A DNA stretch of 64,000 nt, taken from assembly GCA_010093605.1 (NCBI GenBank), contig MU004195.1, forward strand, positions 1,441,566 through 1,505,565. The letters are read 5' to 3'. The position numbers and the translations under genes were made by a program. Every line of letters begins with the position of its first letter. The stretch's first letter is position 1. Source of the DNA: Lophium mytilinum (taxonomy: Eukaryota). Positions 1 to 14,855 of the stretch are shown here, one piece after another. A model generated the notes under the pieces. It did no database searches. It saw only the letters and a program-made list of their open reading frames with translations, and was not told the origin of the DNA.

Positions 1-917
1 TTGTTCTCATTGAGAATGTCGACGCTCGGTCCAAGAGGTTATCCATGTCTGTGTGAGCCATGTAACGCTTACGGATTCTTACTTTTTCTACCGAGCGCGT
101 TCCAATAAAGGACAACTATTTCCAGTACTATCTTTCTGTATTCAATGGCGCAAGATAGGACGTCCGCTATCGTAGAAGTACCGTTTTTCGTTCAATTTGA
201 TCATAGTTGTTAGCCCCTTCCCCTTGAGATGGCGTAGATCTCCACATCTATCATGCTCCTCTCGTTAGGCCTCGAGTTGTTGTAGCACGATAGGCGTAAA
301 ACCAGTCGCATATCATCAAGATGCTGTCTTGTACCTAGGTACACCTGTCTCCGACTGCTCATAGTGCTTCGAAGAGTTCCTACTGAGTCGGTCGTAGTTC
401 TGAAAATGCATTGAAGCACCCCAAGCAGTAGCATACAAACGCACACCCAAGGCAACTTTATCTTTAGAGGCCACTTCGTACAGGAAACTACTGGTGAGAG
501 CTTTCTATACGTTGTTTCCGTTCGGGATTGATTCGTTGCCTCCCTTCGTCGTGGCGCACAGATTGGAGATTGATGCCTCCGGACTCGAGTCCCTATAACA
601 GCCATAGGCCTTGGTGATGTACAATAAACGGAGGAGAGGAGCGGCGTCATACTACACAACGCAAACAAGTCCAGTCAGTTGAGTTCTCTAAAGATGGAAT
701 GACCCTCTGCAGCCTGTAGAGAGCTTCACCACGTGAGAACCCCGATTCCGCTCCGCTCGGGCTATCTAATATCCGAACCTTAAATGTTCACTGCAACGTT
801 CGTAGTGAGATTTCAACATCAACTTCCTTCGCTGTTGGTCGACCCTTTGTCCACGCTCCATTGCCTTCTCGGCTGGTGAAACCCATTGCTCAACTTACTA
901 GCAGCAGCCTCTGAGTT

Positions 918-1932
918 ATGACGCCTAACAACTCGAGTTGGCAAGGCGGCATGTCACTGTGGGAGTTCTGGTGGCCCGAGTTGGCCATCAGCAGAAAGCC
1001 TTTCGCGTCTCTAGCAGTCATGATCTCCGATTTTCTCCTCCATATCATCTTGCTTTTCTTCATGGCCGTCCAGACTGCTGCTCTCACTTGCAAAGTCATG
1101 CATCTGCGCGACAGTGGCAAATGGGACTGGCTCAAAGATGGAAGTTCGTGTCCTGGGCTTCAAGTCTCTTACCCGGACAGCGCGATCGTCAACATCGTGA
1201 CGGAAGACGAGAGCAAAGTAAGAACTCCTAGCGACACTGCTGCTTTCTGGAAATCCTTTCTGATGCTAATGGGTGAGGGTCTAGATGCTGGACGACTTAA
1301 CGAGCTTCACGAAGGCGATGCCAAGATTCATATCCGCCCCGAACTCCTTCACTTTCTTCTGGTACATGATAGCACTATGCGCAACATACACGGCCATCAC
1401 TGTCAGATCTCCGAAGGCGGTACTCGCAATATTGCTCGGCAACACGATAACGGCATCGGTAGTGTGGCCACTGTTGTTCTGGAGTGACAACGGGGTCTTC
1501 TGGCTGGTCTTCTTTCCATGGAACGTAACATTGACCATGGGCATGAACATGTTCCTGAGATCTATTGCCATAGCACAAATGCGGAAGCAAAAACAGGCCG
1601 GCCCATTGAATGCCAACGAGTACGACACGGAGAAAGGACCAAAGAAGGGCTCGTTCGTGGAGGGAGTGGCTTCAATGGCGGAGTCCTTCCAGCAAATTGG
1701 TGCTTCAGCCTCCAGGAAGGTCGAGTTCGCTGCAGAGGCGTCCCCAAGAATCCGTGATCAGCAACAGCTCGCGCGGAGCCACGATATCCTCGCCCTCAAG
1801 TCTGCGAACGCAGAGCCCGACGCCAACGAAAGCGATTCCGACCGCACCGGCAGCGATTCCGACGACTTCGAAAGCGGTTCCGACGACGACTACACCCTCA
1901 CACCGATGCGGAGGTGTGGCGGTGTACTTTAA
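918..1932 (+). CDS. Hypothetical multi-pass membrane protein, 2 exons (918-1217, 1285-1932), ~315 aa
   Basis: Intron GTAAGA(1218)...GCTAAT...CTAG(1284) joins ORF 918 in phase to ORF 1285-1932; several hydrophobic segments and an acidic tail. No family recognised. Confidence 0.6.
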
Positions 1933-2314
1933 CTTGGGAGACGACCTGGGTCCACAACACAAGAGTTTCTTCCAGGCTGGCCCCATCCTCGATGAGTATC
2001 GTTTAAGCTATACCGGTAAGGCTAGGGAAAACTATTCAAGACATGTGTTGCCGGAGCATGCGGCTCAGGTAGGCGGCATGCTGCGGAGGGTTGCAAAGGC
2101 CTAGAAAGTCCTCTTATTCCAAGCGGATAACATTAGGAAATCCAACAAGATAAGTACTAGCTCAAATGAGTTTCACATGGTTTCCCATTTTTATCGCCAT
2201 GCAGTGACTGCCAAGGTGGCACAGTGAACCACTCTCGCCGCAGCTCAGCCCCATTCTTCTCGACGACGCCTCATCTAACTACAAGAACCTCCCGAGGCGC
2301 GCTAAGCCCGTACG

Positions 2315-2925
2315 CGAGCATGATGCTGCAACTATGCTGCCGTGAAGACCATGCTGACATGATGCTAGCATGATGTTGACATGCGTGTTCTACTAGACAT
2401 CCTTGCATCAGCCTGTTGTGTCAATATCTTGCTAGCAATAAGCATTATTTTAAGAGGGCCACGGTGTTATCCTAATAGCGTTAGGAGAGCATGCTTGACA
2501 AAACTAGTGTTGCTAAAAAAAATCATGTTCGGCGTAAAACCATGTTCGGCTGTAACACCATGTTTGAAATTTATATTTTCTAAGAAAACTATTTCTCTCT
2601 ACTTTACCTCGGGTACCCCTCTTTCACTCCCTCGGTAATGCTGTATCTTTTGGCACACTAACGCTAAAAAGCTGAATCTTTCTTAATAATTCCTCTTTCA
2701 GAAAGTTTACCCTAGACCGGTCTATTATTCACGGTATCACTGGCATCTAGGTTGCCTACCCACCGTAGCTAAGGTGCCCGGTGCTGAAAATTGCTAAGGT
2801 AAAATAATACAAGCTTATGTAAGCTAGGTAGAACACTATATTTAGGAGAAAAATTATGTTTGTAAATAAAATTATGTTTGAAAGAAAATCATGTTAAGGG
2901 CCTAAAACCATGTTTCTGTAACACA
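2315..2925. repeat. AT-rich degenerate repeat, probable RIP-eroded transposon relic
   Basis: Locally AT- and TpA-rich; many CATG(T/C)T motifs; direct repeat AAAATCATGTT..AAAACCATGTT..CTGTAACAC at ~2519-2558 and ~2885-2924; no credible ORF. Confidence 0.4.
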
Positions 2926-3093
2926 GATTCTGTGAAACATCATTGTCCCATCATATCAAGGTTAAATGAACTCATCTTTCAAAACCATCTGGACATGATG
3001 CTGCCACCGTGTTCGCGTACGGGTTTAGCGCGCTAAGGTCGCTATCTCCATTCAAAGTATGCTTCCCATCAATCGTGTCTTCCATCTGTCAGA

Positions 3094-3799
3094 ATGTCCA
3101 TTCTCGCATCATCATATGCGCGCCTCCGAGCCGGCCTTCGAAACTACCCCCTGCTCCAGGACCTGGTTCTCTTATCTCTGCTCGCACTATGCGCTGTCAT
3201 ATACTTATCTGCAGGCGCAGACTACCAGTTCTATCTACTCAATTTCATCCAAATTGACGGCGACGACAAGCTATGCCACATGGGGAGCGTGAAAGCGTCG
3301 ATCGCTTATATACAGTACCACATAAACGCGGTCACAAGAATTATTAACGAACCTGTAGTACGCCCACCTCCATTTCGTCCCCCTGCACAACCGCTCTTGT
3401 ACATCTCCACAATGCTCGCTCACACATTTTCTTATTCAGAACTTCAAATTGCGCTTGCCGTACTACCATCTGATGTCCACCCTCGTCGCGACGGTTTCCA
3501 AAATGGTGGCATTGATTGGTGTCACGGCGCTTTCACAATTTCCATCGGTATATGGGTATCGCCACGGCAGATTCCATGTCCTCTGGGTTGGGCTGATTAT
3601 TATTGTGATGATCCAAGAGCTTCTCGTGCATCGACGTATAGGCGTAGTATCGCTTGTCGGGCTGCCGTGGGCAACGTTTGGGCTGTTTGCTGTGGGTGGG
3701 GGTTTACATCGAATGATGAGGAGTATGATGAGACGTAGAGCGTGGAGAATGAACGAGAAGAGAGAGCTTGGTAGATGTGAAGGAGAAGAGGAAGTGTGA
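3094..3799 (+). CDS. Hypothetical membrane protein, 2 exons (3094-3357, 3440-3799)
   Basis: GTACGC(3358)...GCTCAC...TTCAG(3439) joins ORF 3094 in frame to the hydrophobic ORF ending at 3799. Confidence 0.5.
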
Positions 3800-4031
3800 T
3801 GTTGAAAAACAACTTGAGCATACTTCTTTTGACACTAGATGATCAGGAGAGTGAGGACGCGAAAAGCGTATTTCCTATTCGGATAAAATAGTCGAGAGAG
3901 GTACCTGACTGATGATCGTGAGAAAACACAACTGGAATAGTCTCGAGATACGCAAAGATTTTACAGCTTATAAGATTTCTTGCAACGTGGGCTTGTGCTA
4001 AATTCAATGGGGTATCGTTTTCTCATGCAAG

Positions 4032-7000
4032 TCATCCTAAGATCTTCTCAATGACCCATCCTTGCACGCCCTCTTTTCTTTGGATCACTCTCCGCACGCC
4101 TAGACTCCAGCCCATGCCACCCTTCTCGCCAACTAAGCTGACCTCCACCTCACATTCTCTTCGCTCCTGCCCGCTCTTCGCTCTATCGGCCTCAACAATC
4201 ATAGCCTTTGGTTTCGAAACTCCTAACAGCGGTGTGCCTAACGCAAGATTCACGAGCTGGGGTCGCGTGATCGGTGTCAGAGGATGCATTCGTGTTCTTG
4301 GAACCTTCGTTCCGTTGATGGTAGAAGGCGCGGCACGCTGGAGATGGGAGTAGATGATGAAGCCAGGGAGCTTTGGTATAGAAACGCGAGCAAGTAGTGA
4401 AGACGGATGAAGATATACGAAGTGCTCAGCAGGATCGTCAGTGGTCGGCCGCCCAACATGGGAAGGGAAAAGCGTAACGTAAGGAACCTCGATTGCTGTC
4501 CTAGGCTTTCGTGATAGCTCTGGTGGGACCGGTGCCAAATCTGCTCGCATGGCAACCTGGTCGATGAAACCAGCAGCACAGATCTGCTTGAGAAGCTCTA
4601 GTCGCTCTGCACTTGGTGGTGGCAGTCTAGGCTTGTAAGTTGCAATTGAAGCTGGGTGATGTGTGCGTACAATCGTTGATAGCTGGGAGCGTAACTGGCT
4701 CGCTTCGTTCATTGCTTTTGCATTCAAAAACATCTTGTCGCAGAAAGCATCTAAATCGGACTCATACGCATAGGCGCAAACCGCATTGTTGAGTTTCATA
4801 CAGTCGCTCAGTTTGGCGTTCTTCGAGAATTGAGAGAGTGCCGCGTTGTATGACTTGCGAAGTGCCGACCGCTCTGTAGCTTCGATGTTGTCCTGCATAG
4901 TTCGTACTGCATCAGGGTCATGAACTGGTTCTCTAAGACCAAGCTTATTCTCCGGAATGATCAGCTCTGGAACAGAGAGAGCTGAGACCAGGGCAATAGT
5001 CTCAGCTGTGAGCTTATGCGTCATGCCCATAACGAGCATTCGCGCAAAGCGAGGATTGAGAGGGTATAGCGATAGCTCGTGTCCCAGCTTGGTGACTTTG
5101 CCGTCAGCAGATATAGCTCCTAGATACGAGAGAAGCTTCTCAGCTTGGCGTAGACTGTCACGATCTGGAGGCGTTGGAAATGGAAATGTGGGTACTGGTG
5201 CTCCCATGCTTTTCAGTTGTAGAACGACTCCCTCGAGTGGAGTGCGCAGGATCTCTGGAGAAGCATACTCTTCAAAGTCCCTTTCAAACACAGCCGACGA
5301 GTATAGCCGGTAACAGTGTCCCGGGCCTGTTCGACCAGCACGACCAGCGCGTTGGTTGGCACTGGCCTTGCTGATCCATCCCACTTCAAAATTTTGGACT
5401 CCTGTAACAAGGTCGTACCTTTTCTCCTTCGATCTTCCGCAATCGAATACGTATCGGATACCTGGGATAGTCAAACTCGTTTCAGCAACGTTCGTCGCAA
5501 GAACTATGAGTCGTGATTCATCTGGCGGAGGTTCAAAAACTCGTAGCTGCTGGTTGGTAGGCAGCTGTGAGTACAATGGAAGTACATGTACTTTCATGAC
5601 TGTACTCTCAGCAGACTCTTCTCCGATATTGAACTCTTGTTCGTCCTCGTCGTCGAAGCCATCGACAATGGAGTCATCATCTGATCCGTCTTCATCCCGA
5701 TAATCATCGGCTTTGCCGCCAAGGTCTACGTCTTCAGTTTCTAGAGGGGCATCGGCAGCTGATATCCGTACTGGGGGAGATTTTGCCTCTTGCCCTAGGG
5801 TCGAAGCAAAAGCCTGCTTGAGTCTCTTCGCTAGTTGCATGATCTCGTTCTGCCCAGTGAGAAACACCAGCATACCTCCACGAGGAAGCTTCTTGTGGCC
5901 TCTACTAACTTTCTGGAAAGCTTCTTCGACATAATCTCTCTGCGTTCTCCTTGCGAAATGGTTGGTGACAGAGTATTGCCGGCCTTCAGCTTTCAGCAAT
6001 GGCGGAGGCCCATGCCGGAAAAGCCGACGGTTTTCTGTAAAGTCAGAGATTCTTAATGTTGCCGACATGATAATTAACTTTAAGGGCTTATTGCTCGGAT
6101 TCTCCTTTGCCATGTTCGCCCGAAGGTCGACGATCCTACTAAGCATACCAATCAGGATATCTGTGTTAACGCTCCTCTCGTGAGCCTCATCGATAACGAT
6201 GGCTGAGTATTTTGTGAGGACAAAATCCTGCGAGATCTCACGTAGAAGTACACCGTCTGTCATGAACTTAATGGCGGTCTTGGCCGAAGCAGAGGAATCG
6301 AAACGAATCTAGTATACATTAGCTGTTAATGAACTAGTATCAAAGGGTTTTTAATCTTACCTGGTATGAAACCTTTGATCCAGCCTCCCCAAGCTCGTCG
6401 CCAACGCGTTTAGCCATGCTTACTGCTGCCACTCTTCGGGGTTGCGTGACTCCAATCAAGCCAGGCGTTGGACCGCCTGGAGCTCCATATCCTGATTCGA
6501 ACAGGAATTGGGGAACCTGGGTGGTTTTACCGCTTCCAGTTGCACCCCAGACTACTACGACATCGTTATTATGGATTGCTTCCATGATTTTCTGCTCTTC
6601 AGCCACGATGGGTAGAGCTAGACGAGACTCTTGAATTTCCGGTGGCCTTTCAACATGCACGCTGAATGCTTTCCTGGTGGCATCGGTAGCCGTGTTGCTC
6701 TCCAGCTCGGGGGGAAGTGGCTCCAATTCAGGAGCTCTTGGCGTGAAATTGATAGGTTTTGTAGATGTTTCCGTTACCGTACCCGAAGGAGTGAAGCCGA
6801 TCGCTTCGTGTCTCTGCTGGGTAGCCCACGCCTTGAATGCTGATGTACGTTCCTTTCTAGAAGCCTTCGTTTCTTCATCTTCGCTGGACGAGGTATCCTC
6901 ATCTTCACTTTCGCTTTCCTCTTCTTCCTCTTCATCCTCTTCCAACGAAAGACCAGAATCACTGGCTCCAGATTCTTGGTCGGTTTCATCCTCGATTTCG

Positions 7001-7880
7001 CGGTGTTCGTCCTTTGTTACTCGCTCGTCTTCAGAATCTGTAGCCATCTCCTCTTCTCCAGAGCTAAAGCCTTCCCACTCTGGCTCTTCATTTACCGGCA
7101 TAATCACGCTCTTAGTCTTGGTCCGCTTCCGTTTTTTGATGATCGGCTTGCCCTCCTCGTCGACTTCTAGAGGTCTTTTCAGTCCACTCCCAAAACTAAC
7201 CAATGGTTTTTCGAGAGGGGCTCCTTGGTCATCTTCCTTGTTCTCCTTCACAGTGATGGCCACGGGTTCCTCTGCCTCTTCTGGTTGGTCCTCTTCGATA
7301 TCTTCACTGTTGCTTCCGCTTGCTTCGAGAGATCTGGCCTTCCTCTTCTCCAGAATGACAGCATCATTCTTATCCACATCGATCCCAGCCTGCCGCTCCC
7401 TCAAAGCCCTTCCCATCTTCTCTCTCGCGCTCTCAGTCGTCCGTCCCAACTTCTTCGAGCTCTGGTAGAGTGACGTGTCGACCTTTTGCTCCGCGAGCTT
7501 CTTCAATAGTACAAGGTTTTCTTCTTTCTTCAGTTTTGTGTCCTACGGTCAAATATCCATATTAGCACAATTCTCACTCAACAGCAAAAGCTGCCCAGAC
7601 AAAATTCATTGCGAGAGGGTGTGAATCTGAGAATTGAATTGACGCCTACGATGTATTTCTCCAACCTCTTCGCCTTCTTTCCAGACATCTTGCCTTCCTG
7701 TGCCCCCTTCAGCTCATCCCGTAGCTTCCTCCGCTTCTCCTCCCTCTCGAGCTTCTCTGCGGGGATGATGAGCGTCGCATTCGAGTCCGCTTCGTCGGGT
7801 TCGGGCACATGGCTAGAACTTTGCGCTTTTTGTCGGGCTATGGCCTTATGCTTCCTCTGCCGGGCGACGAACTTCGCCAT
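4032..7880 (-). CDS. DHR1: DEAH-box RNA helicase Dhr1/Ecm16 (DHX37), small-subunit processome; exons 7880-7650, 7542-6361, 6308-4032
   Basis: Motifs GATGSGKTTQVPQ, TQPRRVAA, DEAH, SAT, TNVAETSLTIPGI, QRAGRAGR; N-terminus MAKFVARQRKHK with a long acidic region; canonical introns 7543-7649 and 6309-6360. Confidence 0.93.
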
Positions 7881-8093
7881 CGTGTCGTCGTCGAACTTGG
7901 AAAAAAAAGTTCGGGGAAGAGATTCGAAATTTCGAGGAAGGTGACAGGGATCCCGAAAGCGGTGGCAGAAAACAATTTCGCCAAGACCTCTGGAATCAAC
8001 CTCCGCCTTGAATCTCGAGGTGTTTACCATCCAGCAAATCCAAGCTCTATAAGTTTTCCTGCATCTAGCTTGAGAGAGCAAGTACTCGTAAAT

Positions 8094-8658
8094 ATGGCAG
8101 ACCCAGAATCCTACACCGTAACACCCTCCCCCTACCCCGCCCGCACCAAAACCGCTTCCGCGAGCATAAATGACATCCCCACAACCGCGACATCTATCTA
8201 CTTCGCCGACAAGATCGTGCTCACGATCACGCAAGCTGGGCGGTTGGCACATTGGGTATGCTCCCCTACCCTTCCCGCCTCACACTTACCCCAGCACCCT
8301 CAATCACAGCCTCGACTAACAACCCCTCCAGCTCCACGTGCCCCTCGACACCGAGTCCCCCGCCTCCGAAGCCCCTCTTGAACCCTCGTTCTCAGACCCA
8401 GACGACGACTCCGCAGATCCATCCTCAGACCTCTTACCGCTTTCGCATCTTACCGCGACGACGGTGTTAGGGGGCACCGTACCGGTGCTTGATACCATGG
8501 GCCAGCTGCTGGCGACGCAGATAGCGAGCGCGATTGCAACGAGAGATGCGGGTGAGAGGCGGATGGTGGTTGTGGGGTTGGGCCTGGACAAGGGGATGGT
8601 AGACCGGGGACGAGAGGGGTTTGTGGAAGTGGTGGGCTTGGTTTTGGGGGTGTTGTGA
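8094..8658 (+). CDS. Proteasome assembly chaperone 3 (PAC3/PSMG3-like); exons 8094-8255, 8332-8658
   Basis: FADKIVLTITQAGRLAHW, TATTVLGG and GQLLATQIASAI...VVVGLGL match the fungal PAC3 pattern; intron GTATGC...GACTAAC...CCAG. Confidence 0.75.
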
Positions 8659-8804
8659 ATATGGGAGGGATGGAATGGAAAGGTAGAAGGCTTTCATATG
8701 GCATGGCACGGTGTTACGGTTGCATAGCGCTCATATACCCAAAAGCAATTCAAGAGGCTCAGATTTTAAAAGGGATATATGGCGGGAGAAGGAGTTATAT
8801 GTTG

Positions 8805-10944
8805 CTAGATGATCTTTACAATGGCGTCGTTGATGACTTCGGAATCTTTGAACCAGTCCTCAACAGCTGGCTGTGGTAGGTCCTGGCGTTGCTGGTATAC
8901 CAGTAGGCCGATGCGTTCCCATGCGTTTTTCACCTGTCGTAGAACTAGGAGAAATAGGTAATGCTGATTCCAAGATGCGGCGTCTAGGTATAAGAATTTA
9001 AGACAGGCAATTCGACTTTTGAGGCCGACTTGATGCTCGCCGTCTGCAAGGAGATTGTAGTCTGCGTAGAAGCGACGGGAACTGATGTTTCGAAACTGAC
9101 CAGGTATCTGTATCTCGCAGATGTCGGATGTGAGTTCTTCCGTGGTCGTGCCAAAGATCAGCTGGCCTTGCAAGATAATATGGCCCCCATTGAGAGCTCC
9201 CGTGGAGTCTGGTCCCGCGAGAGAGACATTGGCACTCAAGAACTTGGTATAAACGACGAGAGGGTTTTCGTGGTCATGGTCTCGAGCCTTTTCGGACGTC
9301 TTGTCGATGGTGCCCTGAAAGCGATATGCAATTGCATCAAGACCCGACTTTGCCTCTCTATTCGAGACGGAAGCCCAACTCCAGGTCGGCGCTCTCCAAA
9401 GTTTTGGCCGACAGAACGATTCTGGCGTTCTGGTCGTCCACAGCATATCCTGGGTCAAGGTGCTTTCCCACAATCCTGCAAGATATCTAGACTGTATCGA
9501 TTGTTCCATTTCCTTGACCGCGCCAGATATGGCAGGAAAGATGTCAGACTCGTACGTGAATTTCATCCGGCTGTAGTCAGTGACCATGTCTCTCCAGGCG
9601 TTGGCAGTCTGCGAGTCCGTGACTTGGTCGAGTATCAACTTCTGGTATTTTTGCTTGGGTTGCAACCAATATGTATCCCCTGGCAGTTCCATGCAGCTGC
9701 ACGCACTTTGCGTCATACACTCCCACATCAGCTCGTGTTTGCCGAAGTGAAGTACGCGGGGACTCAGGAGGCGCTCTTGAAGTACCCAGCCTCGAGATGT
9801 GAGAGGATGGTCTGATGTAGAGTGTAATATTCTCAGCTTCTCTCGAACAAAGATACCCTTGTAGTCGGGCTGGTTGCAGATCCTGTCCAGTCCGTAACTT
9901 ACTTTTCGTATTTTGGTTTGGCGGAAAAGGCCTTCTCCAGATCCAGAAGAGGCGCTAGCTGCCAAAGTAATAGCTGCGTTGCGATAGATGTTGCCCATGA
10001 TAATAGATTGCTGATTCCAGTCGTCGGAGTCTTCTTGGATAATACAGAGACTATCTATCCATAGATATCTGAACTGCAAGCGGCGGGTAAAATCTACAGC
10101 TTCCTGAAAGGTCTTAGGTAGAATCTTCCATGGAATGCTCTTCTTGTGATTGTCGATGTTTGCCCGTGTAGTTTGGAAATGCGGCTTTTCGCCCCAACAA
10201 TGGCTTAGACACGCGTACATGCAGCTGGTGCCTGGTGGAATTTCTTGTAAAGTGACTTGTGGTTCAATTTCGGGAGCACCTAATCCTACATCGAGAACTC
10301 GATAGGTCACTGCGATCGGTCTGGTATTCTGGCCACACAAAGATCCGTGATTCGTGATGCAATCAACCATCCATTTTCTCACAGTCTCTAAGCTTTCCTC
10401 TGATTTCGTATGGTCGGACATGGGAAAAACTAGCGGGACGGTCTTTGGTATTCGAGGATTTCCTGGCGTAAATTAGCTGCTGGATGACGAGTTTCTCTTA
10501 GTCTTCAAACGTGAGAAGCTGCCCCAAATAATAGACGCGCTCCAAGTTATGATAAAAAAGGCAAGGAAGAGATCAGTACTGACTTTCGAGAGCGCAAATC
10601 TCAAATTGTTCGCCACCAAACTTCACTTCCAATCCTGACCGGTGGACGCTTACAATACATAAATGGGAAGATAAATGAGCATCTCTAGGCCAAGACAGCA
10701 AAGCATCGTAAGTGACGCGGCATAATGTGCAATTCGTTTCTATGGCGGAAGCTTTCAAGTATTCAATCGAGAATATCAGGGATGAACTGCCTAGACTGAT
10801 ATCCTTCAAACCCTTACACACTTCCTCGGCTGAGTATAAATTTGGAGAAGGCGTAAAGGAATAAGGATCGACTGAGATGCTGTGTTGGTAAGCCTTTTCT
10901 GAGCTCTGCCGTACGCCTTCGGTGGGGATTCCGTGTGGATCCAT
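8805..10944 (-). CDS. Heterokaryon incompatibility (HET) domain protein; exons 10944-10584, 10462-8805
   Basis: HET motifs YACLSHCWG, LPKTFQEA, YLWIDSLCIIQE, MGNIYRNA, RGWVLQERLLSPR, YLAGLW, APTWSWAS; intron GTCAGT...GCTAAT...CAG links the upstream 123-aa ORF in frame. Confidence 0.88.
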
Positions 10945-11556
10945 GGATAGAGAAAAGACAGCCTAGCAAAGACGAGCAAAACGAAAATTGGAAGTCCTTG
11001 CAGATATGAAGTTTCTAGGCATCATTCCAAGGCTTTCGGTCTATCTACAGCAAGAGAACAAACCCATATATTGAGACATGGCAGCAGATTCCAGTACGGG
11101 AGACCGTTGATCACAGAAGCAAGAAAAGCAATCGGCATGTGCGGTGTTCGAGGCAATGAAAAGGTTATTATGGACAAAAGAAAACGTTGTTATACATTTA
11201 GGCGCTGTGCTTCGCGTGTCATCCTGCAGGTCGTGCCCAAAGGAGTGCGGCACAGCGCCTAATGGATCTGCGAGATGCATTGTGATAGGCTACAATTTGG
11301 AACAGATGACAAGTATCTCCGTCGACTGAAAGTGCCCATGTTGGGGTCGAGATCAGAGAGTATGAAATAGCAGACTTCCAGAGTATTTATAGCAGTTGCA
11401 GAGATTTTGTCTATGAACCCTGGCTTTTGAGTATTCTACCTGTCAAAGAATTGCTGCCTGCGTGAGAATCTCACATGCTTTTTCATTAGGGTATTTGCCT
11501 CTTAGTCTAACCGTAACGCCAATTCGTTTGTTATCCGTCGTCATTATACATCCCAA

Positions 11557-12252
11557 TTATAGCAGTTGCGACTCCAAGCCTGTCCTCCAAGATAGCAACG
11601 AGTCCGCGTCAGCCGCATCGATCTTCTCTTTCGGTTTGTGGGTATCTGGAAGGTGTGCAATGATGTCGTCAAGGGCAGCCTGGTAGTTCTGGGCAGCAGA
11701 GTTGAGAGCGCGAATGGCCCTCTTGCGTACATCTTTGCTTGGATCTGTGGTCGCTAGTCGGACTAGGGCGGGAATACCTCCAACAGTGAGGAACTGAGAG
11801 GCATGTTAGTGAATGAAGGGTTTGACATGGGGACCACTTGCCTTCTCCTGGACTTTGATATCATTCTGGACGGCAGCATGGCAACAAGAAGCAGCTAGGG
11901 ACCTGATCTCAGTATCCTCGCTGTCCAGCTGTTCCAACAACGGCGTCCACAAGCCTCGAGGCCCATCTTTGTACTGCTGAATGTTCTGGAGGTTGTTTGC
12001 GTTGTCCAGATTCTCCACCATCAATCGGAAGTCTTCGAATGCTTGGATGCGAGTATCGAGGTCGATGTCTCCCACCGCATTCTTGATGATGAGCAAGTTT
12101 TCCGCCATCCTCTCGGCGTCAGATCCGACATTGAAGCCAAAGAGGGCGGCCATTGCTGCAGAGGGGGGAGATGCGATTGGGGTCTCTGCGTTCTGGCGCG
12201 ACGCTTCTGAGTTCTGAACGCTCCATTTGAGAAGGTCGGGGAGCGCAGCCAT
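11557..12252 (-). CDS. FES1: Hsp70 nucleotide exchange factor Fes1; exons 12252-11842, 11793-11557
   Basis: LLKWSVQNS, VENLDNANNL, GLWTPLLEQL, AVQND; spliced C-terminus FLTVGGIPALVRLATTDPSKDVRKRAIRALNSAAQNYQAALD; the intron has a GC donor. Confidence 0.88.
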
Positions 12253-13252
12253 TATGAGGGTCTTGTCTAAGTTAGATGCAAGAGAAAGCGTGAAAATATC
12301 AAGGTGAGAGAAGACGGCTGGAAGAGAGACGGAGGCGTGGGCGAGGAAGGTCAATTAAATTCGTCTGAAGTGCTGTTGTGACGAAACATGAAGAAAGTGT
12401 GGATAGGGGAGCTTTTCGCGAGGCCGAGAAGGAGCCACAACCTTCTTTTGCATTCCGTCAGCACACTTCGCTCTCACCAGATGTGCAGACAGACTTCAAT
12501 CAGAGGGGGCGATTACTGACATGCGGCTCCAGCTCTATCTCCAATCTCACGGACAAAAACTGGAGCCTGTAGCGGAAATCCGCACTGCACGATGCTCCGC
12601 TCCTCGCAACCGCTGCATACCCCACTATCACGTGACTATCTCCTATGGCGGTGAAGCGTGGCACTGTGGGAACGGGCTGGCGATGGCTGGGGAACGGCGA
12701 GCAGGGCTTGGGCGAGGGTTCGAGGGCAGCGGCACACGTAGCACTGCTCCCGCGGCGTCTCTGCAGAGTCAAGAGTGGAACGAGGTGCGCTTGGCGCTGC
12801 CAGTGCGTTTTGGCGTTGCCTGCTTGGTGTTTGTTGAGACTTGGGCTTCATCATGCTGTGGCGGAGAGAACGCGTGGCAGCGGAGCAGATGCAAATAGAA
12901 ACAGTGCAGCCTGGAAGAGACTTCGCTACATATAAGAAGAATAAAGAAGCTATTCGTCTGCTGCGGCCATTGCTTGTCTGTTCCTGCTAGACCGCCATCG
13001 TCACCCACCGCACAGCTCTTGCCCATTTCTAGCGGGGCCTGTGCGCTTATTTAGCACCCAACCTCGCCTTCGCACCTTCGCCCACACTACAACCTCATCG
13101 CCGCCCCGTAAGACTCTCTCCCTCACCACCGCGAGCAGCATCTCCAGCCCTCCAATCTCTTCGCAGCTAATCGCCAATTCCTACAGCCACTCCTAATTGC
13201 AATCCGCCTGCACCCCGCACATCGCCTCCTATCTCCCCCGTAATCAGCAGCC

Positions 13253-14855
<1,603 letters not shown>

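Noticed and set aside
210..668. 152-aa minus-strand ORF
   Set aside because: Non-ATG start and no family signal or splice support.
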